Below are positions 60,556 to 64,000 of a stretch of DNA of 64,000 nucleotides, one piece after another (the first letter of the stretch is position 1; every line of letters begins with the position of its first letter). The translations under genes were made by a program, and so were the position numbers. The stretch comes from Acidobacteriota bacterium (lineage in GTDB: Bacteria > Acidobacteriota > UBA6911 > RPQK01 > JAJDTT01), in NCBI GenBank assembly GCA_965217775.1, contig CBDCJH010000002.1, positions 1,088,001 to 1,152,000 on the forward strand, given 5' to 3'. Under the pieces are notes generated by a model. The model saw only the letters and a list, made by a program, of their open reading frames with translations. It ran no database searches and was not told the DNA's origin.

Positions 60556-61308
60556 ATGGACTACGAGGCGATTGCCCGTGAATACCACGAGAACGGATTC
60601 GGGGTTGTTCCCGGCTTCTTCTCAGCAGAGGAACTCGCTGTGGTGGATCGACAACTCCGCCTGTATCTGCAGGAGTCCCTTTCCGATCTGGAAGCCGGCG
60701 AAGCCTACTTTGAGGATGGCGGCGATGGTGCGGTGCGGTGCGTTTTCAGGATCAACCAACGCTCCGGCTATTTTGCGAGCTTGATGTGGGATCCGCGTCT
60801 GATCGCGCTGGTCGAAGCGCTCTATCCCGGTGCCGCGGCGGAGGCGGATGGCGTGATGCTGATCGACAAGGCCCCCTACGCCAGCTACCGGTTCCCCTAT
60901 CATCAGGACAACGCCTACCAGTTCTGGAACCCGGCGGAGGCCGTAGCCGTCACGTTGGCGCTGGATGAGGCCGACGACCGGAACGGGACCATCGTCTGCC
61001 TGAAGGGCTCGCACCACGCTCCGATCCTGCCGCACCAGCCTTCGGGCGTCACCGGCGCAAGCCTGGGCCTGGTGGAGAAACCGGACCTCAGCCGTTTCCC
61101 TGAGGTGTCACTCGACCTGAAGCCCGGAGATCTTTCGCTCCACCACGTCAACGTGATCCATCGTACCGGACCGAATCGCACTGCTGATCACAGGCGCAAC
61201 CTCGGCTTCGCCTACCACTCTTCCCGGGCCCGGCGAGACCGGGAGGCCCACGCCCGCTACCGGGAACATCTGGGCCGGATCAACACGTCGATCGGGCAGG
61301 AGAACTGA
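60556..61308 (+). CDS. phytanoyl-CoA dioxygenase (PhyH)-family Fe(II)/2OG enzyme
   Basis: YHENGF, HQDNAY (HxD), NG...LKGSH, LKPGD...H...IHRTGPN, RR. Confidence 0.9.
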   Translation: MDYEAIAREYHENGFGVVPGFFSAEELAVVDRQLRLYLQESLSDLEAGEAYFEDGGDGAVRCVFRINQRSGYFASLMWDPRLIALVEALYPGAAAEADGVMLIDKAPYASYRFPYHQDNAYQFWNPAEAVAVTLALDEADDRNGTIVCLKGSHHAPILPHQPSGVTGASLGLVEKPDLSRFPEVSLDLKPGDLSLHHVNVIHRTGPNRTADHRRNLGFAYHSSRARRDREAHARYREHLGRINTSIGQEN

Positions 61309-61397
61309 GCAGTTGTTCCTATCGGCGTGACAGCCGATCGGGATGTGGATGACTGGCAAGTCGCCCCGCCGGGCCGCCTTGATCCGCTTCGGACGCT

Positions 61398-62540
61398 GTG
61401 ACATTCTCGCAGGCCGTGGCTGAGACCTCCCCCAGCAACACATCGACGCCCCGAACTATCACCGGGGAAGTCCTGACGCGGGATCTCACTCGACTTGGGG
61501 TCCGCCGGGGGGACTGCGTCATGCTCCACAGCTCCTTGAGCAGCTTGGGGTGGGTGGACGGGGGTGCGGCGACGGTGGTGGAGGCGTTCCTGGACGCCAT
61601 GGGACCGGAGGGGACGTTGCTGACGCCGGCCTTTACGGGAGGCGCCTGGACCGAGCACATGGCCCTCCCGGACTGCCGCGACGTCTGCCCCCAGCCCTTC
61701 TGTCCCAGCCAGTGGGCCAGCCGGGAGGGAGCGATCCCGAACGCCGCCCTGCAGCGCCCCGGCCGTCTCCGAGGCTGCCATCCCACCCACTCCTGGGTCG
61801 CCAACGGGGCGCGGCGACGGGAGGCGCTACGCGGACAACGGGACTGTCCGACCCCCTGCGGCCGAGGGAATCCGTTCGAGAAGGTGGTGGAGTGGGACGG
61901 CTGCATCGTCATCCTGGGAGTCGGCGTCGACACCATCACGCTCTGGCACTACTACGAGGATCTTCTGGAGGTGGACTACCTGGGCTACTATCATCCGGAG
62001 GCGCGGCATCTCTCTTATTGCGCCACCGGAAAACGGATTCAATACGACTTCCCCGGGATCATGCAGGACGTGGTCCGGGCCTCCAGAATCATGACCACGG
62101 GAAAGGTCGGGAGAAACGAGTCGGGGTTGATCCGGGCTCGCGTCTTCCGCCGGTTCATGGCCACCATCATGGCCGACGATCCCGATTGTTTCGTGTTGAG
62201 GCCGGCGGATGCGACGAACGGCGACTTGGCCGCCGACGCACTGGCCAAGGGATCCGCCATGCTCCGGGCTTGGCGCCGGGGTCCCGTTGAATTGCCCGTG
62301 CGGATCGACCTGCCGCAAGGCTACGACGATCTGGTGCGGGAGGACTGCCCCTCGTTTGCCGGCTACCACGAGGCGGACGGCCGGCGATGGCCTCTCTGCT
62401 GGGCCAACGACCGGCATCCGGAGTTGCACCACCACGGAGGAATCTTCGATCGTCTGGGAAAGACCTGCTGTGGCCGGTGTTCCTGGCACCATCGATATCC
62501 GGAGGGATCGGCCCGGTCGGAGAACGAAGGTCAAGGTTAG
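61398..62540 (+). CDS. AAC(3)/YokD-family N-acetyltransferase-like protein with Cys-rich extensions
   Basis: LGVRRGD.VMLHSSLSSLGWVDGGA, GTLLTPAFT, GAIP, HPTHS, ILGVG..T.T.WHY.E. Confidence 0.82.
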   Translation: MTFSQAVAETSPSNTSTPRTITGEVLTRDLTRLGVRRGDCVMLHSSLSSLGWVDGGAATVVEAFLDAMGPEGTLLTPAFTGGAWTEHMALPDCRDVCPQPFCPSQWASREGAIPNAALQRPGRLRGCHPTHSWVANGARRREALRGQRDCPTPCGRGNPFEKVVEWDGCIVILGVGVDTITLWHYYEDLLEVDYLGYYHPEARHLSYCATGKRIQYDFPGIMQDVVRASRIMTTGKVGRNESGLIRARVFRRFMATIMADDPDCFVLRPADATNGDLAADALAKGSAMLRAWRRGPVELPVRIDLPQGYDDLVREDCPSFAGYHEADGRRWPLCWANDRHPELHHHGGIFDRLGKTCCGRCSWHHRYPEGSARSENEGQG

Positions 62541-62550
62541 CCGGAACTTC

Positions 62551-64000
62551 TCACCGGGAGTCGAAGCGAAAGGCGAACAGGTCCGCGTCCTTCAGGACGA
62601 AGCGAAGACGCACTGGTCGTCCGGCCAGCTCGCCGACGCCCGAACCCTGCTTCCAGCGGATCTCCCGCTCCAGTTCGTCCCCGAAGTTGGGCGGGGAATC
62701 TTCCAGGGTGTAGCCCTCCAAAGGCATCCCCGCGGCGTCCTGGATCTCCACCTGAAGGCTCCCCGCCGCCGAGGTGGAGAAGTTCAGCAGCAGGCGGTCC
62801 CCCTGGAAGCGAATCGGACGAGTGATGATTTCTCCGCCCGGCATGGGTGCCGAGACCGTCACGAACCCGTCTAACCTCAGGGTGTACCGCCGCAGGTTGA
62901 GACTTTCCCCTGTCCAGTACCCCTCGGTGGCGTAGAAGGAAATCTCGTTGGGAGCTCCCTCGATGTGGCTTCGGGTCTCCACCAGACCCCAGTTCTGATT
63001 GTTGTCCCCGTAGACCCAGTTGTCGACCGGTCTCAGCCCGGGACGGATGAAGGCTTCCGGCCAGCGGTGGAAGTGGATCCGGTCGCGGCTTGCCATCAGG
63101 AGACCATCGGTGAGGCCGGTTCCGTAACGGAGGCTGACGCCGGCTCGCAGCCGGCGATGCTCCAATCCCGGGAGGGCTCTCATGGAATCGGACCATCCCC
63201 GCTCAAGGTAGCGGTTGGGAAACCCCAGCAGGATGTGAGGGGCCCGGTGGTAGGGAATGATCTGGTTGGTGTAAAGATGTTCGTCCCGGGAGCCGGGGTA
63301 GTTCAGCCAGACCGGATCGGTCCAGTTCAGAAAGTCCTGGGAAGTTCCGGTCATGACGTCCCGGATACCCTTGGTCCTCGGCTGATTCTCCGCAGTGGGC
63401 CTGAAGTCGCGATGGTATTCGCGGTACTCGTTTCTAACCGAATCCCAGAAAGCCAGGTTCTGGGAGTCGAAGTAGCCCTTGGTGATGACCGGGCGGTCCG
63501 CCATCAACTCCCAATGGATGCCGTCAGCCGACTTCCAGGCGTAGAGCCCCCATTTACGGCTCAAGGAGAAGGCCTTGTAGCGCGCATCGGACGAGGCCGC
63601 CGGGTTGGCATCCTTGAAGGGGACGAAGTTACGGATAATGTCGCCGTTTGGAAGCCGATCCATGAGGATGTTGTTCCGCTTGGACCCCTCGAACTCGACC
63701 AGACCCAATTGGGGTCGATACCAATGGATACCGTCCAGGCTCTCGGCGTAGCAGGTCACCTGCCGGCGTGGGAACTCGAGCTTCTTCCCGGTCACGAAGT
63801 GCCAGCCCCGGTAGTACATTCGATAGCGGTTTCCGTCCCGGAAGATAGTGAAGGTGAAGCAGGCATTCCCCTCCCAGGGCCGATCGGTCACCAGGGCCAC
63901 TCCCCGGGGAATCGGTCGTTGTAACTGGAGTCGAGCCTCGCCGCGGAGTTCTTCCACCAGGCTCGGTTCCACGAACAACTCCAGCCGGGAACCCACCTCC
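62551..64000 (-). CDS. 5'-partial beta-propeller glycoside-hydrolase-like protein
   Basis: LELFV, YAESLDGIHW, SADGIHW, FDSQNLAFWD, LRRYTLRLDGF. Frame runs to the window edge. Confidence 0.8.
   Translation of the reverse strand, partial: EVGSRLELFVEPSLVEELRGEARLQLQRPIPRGVALVTDRPWEGNACFTFTIFRDGNRYRMYYRGWHFVTGKKLEFPRRQVTCYAESLDGIHWYRPQLGLVEFEGSKRNNILMDRLPNGDIIRNFVPFKDANPAASSDARYKAFSLSRKWGLYAWKSADGIHWELMADRPVITKGYFDSQNLAFWDSVRNEYREYHRDFRPTAENQPRTKGIRDVMTGTSQDFLNWTDPVWLNYPGSRDEHLYTNQIIPYHRAPHILLGFPNRYLERGWSDSMRALPGLEHRRLRAGVSLRYGTGLTDGLLMASRDRIHFHRWPEAFIRPGLRPVDNWVYGDNNQNWGLVETRSHIEGAPNEISFYATEGYWTGESLNLRRYTLRLDGFVTVSAPMPGGEIITRPIRFQGDRLLLNFSTSAAGSLQVEIQDAAGMPLEGYTLEDSPPNFGDELEREIRWKQGSGVGELAGRPVRLRFVLKDADLFAFRFDSR

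Noticed and set aside
61398-62540. Aminoglycoside resistance gene
   Set aside because: Only family-level similarity. It lies outside the IS and has atypical Cys-rich extensions.
62538-62557. TAGCCGGAACTTCTCACCGG resembling a MITE-A terminus
   Set aside because: Several mismatches, no partner end or body, and it overlaps two stop codons. Chance or an unprovable scar.

Overview
GC-rich bacterial chromosomal window, most likely Acidobacteriota (inferred from GWxTD protein, Oar-like TonB-dependent receptor, BlaI/M56-TonB pair and DUF1501/DUF1549 cluster). It opens in an operon where the C-terminus of a P1B-type metal ATPase is fused through a 19-His linker to an HflK (SPFH) domain, followed by HflC, a second HflK and a small membrane protein. 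A separate canonical hflKC pair lies at 24-26 kb. Other genes include recQ, avtA, E. coli-type frdABCD, an RpoD-like sigma factor, sulfatases, propeller hydrolases, an SSS symporter, two TlpA-domain proteins around blaI/blaR, a PhyH dioxygenase and an AAC(3)-family protein. Mobile DNA: three distinct MITE families; an IS110 element inserted at a duplicated CT core inside one MITE copy, with a structured upstream non-coding region (candidate bridge RNA); a MITE inserted in frame inside a receptor gene; a complete ISAs1 element with a DUF4338-like fusion and 10-bp TSD; and REP-like palindromes. A GWxTD gene and a TonB-dependent receptor gene appear joined into one decayed reading frame. No rRNA, tRNA or CRISPR array was seen. 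Family assignments come from motif recognition by eye, not database searches.
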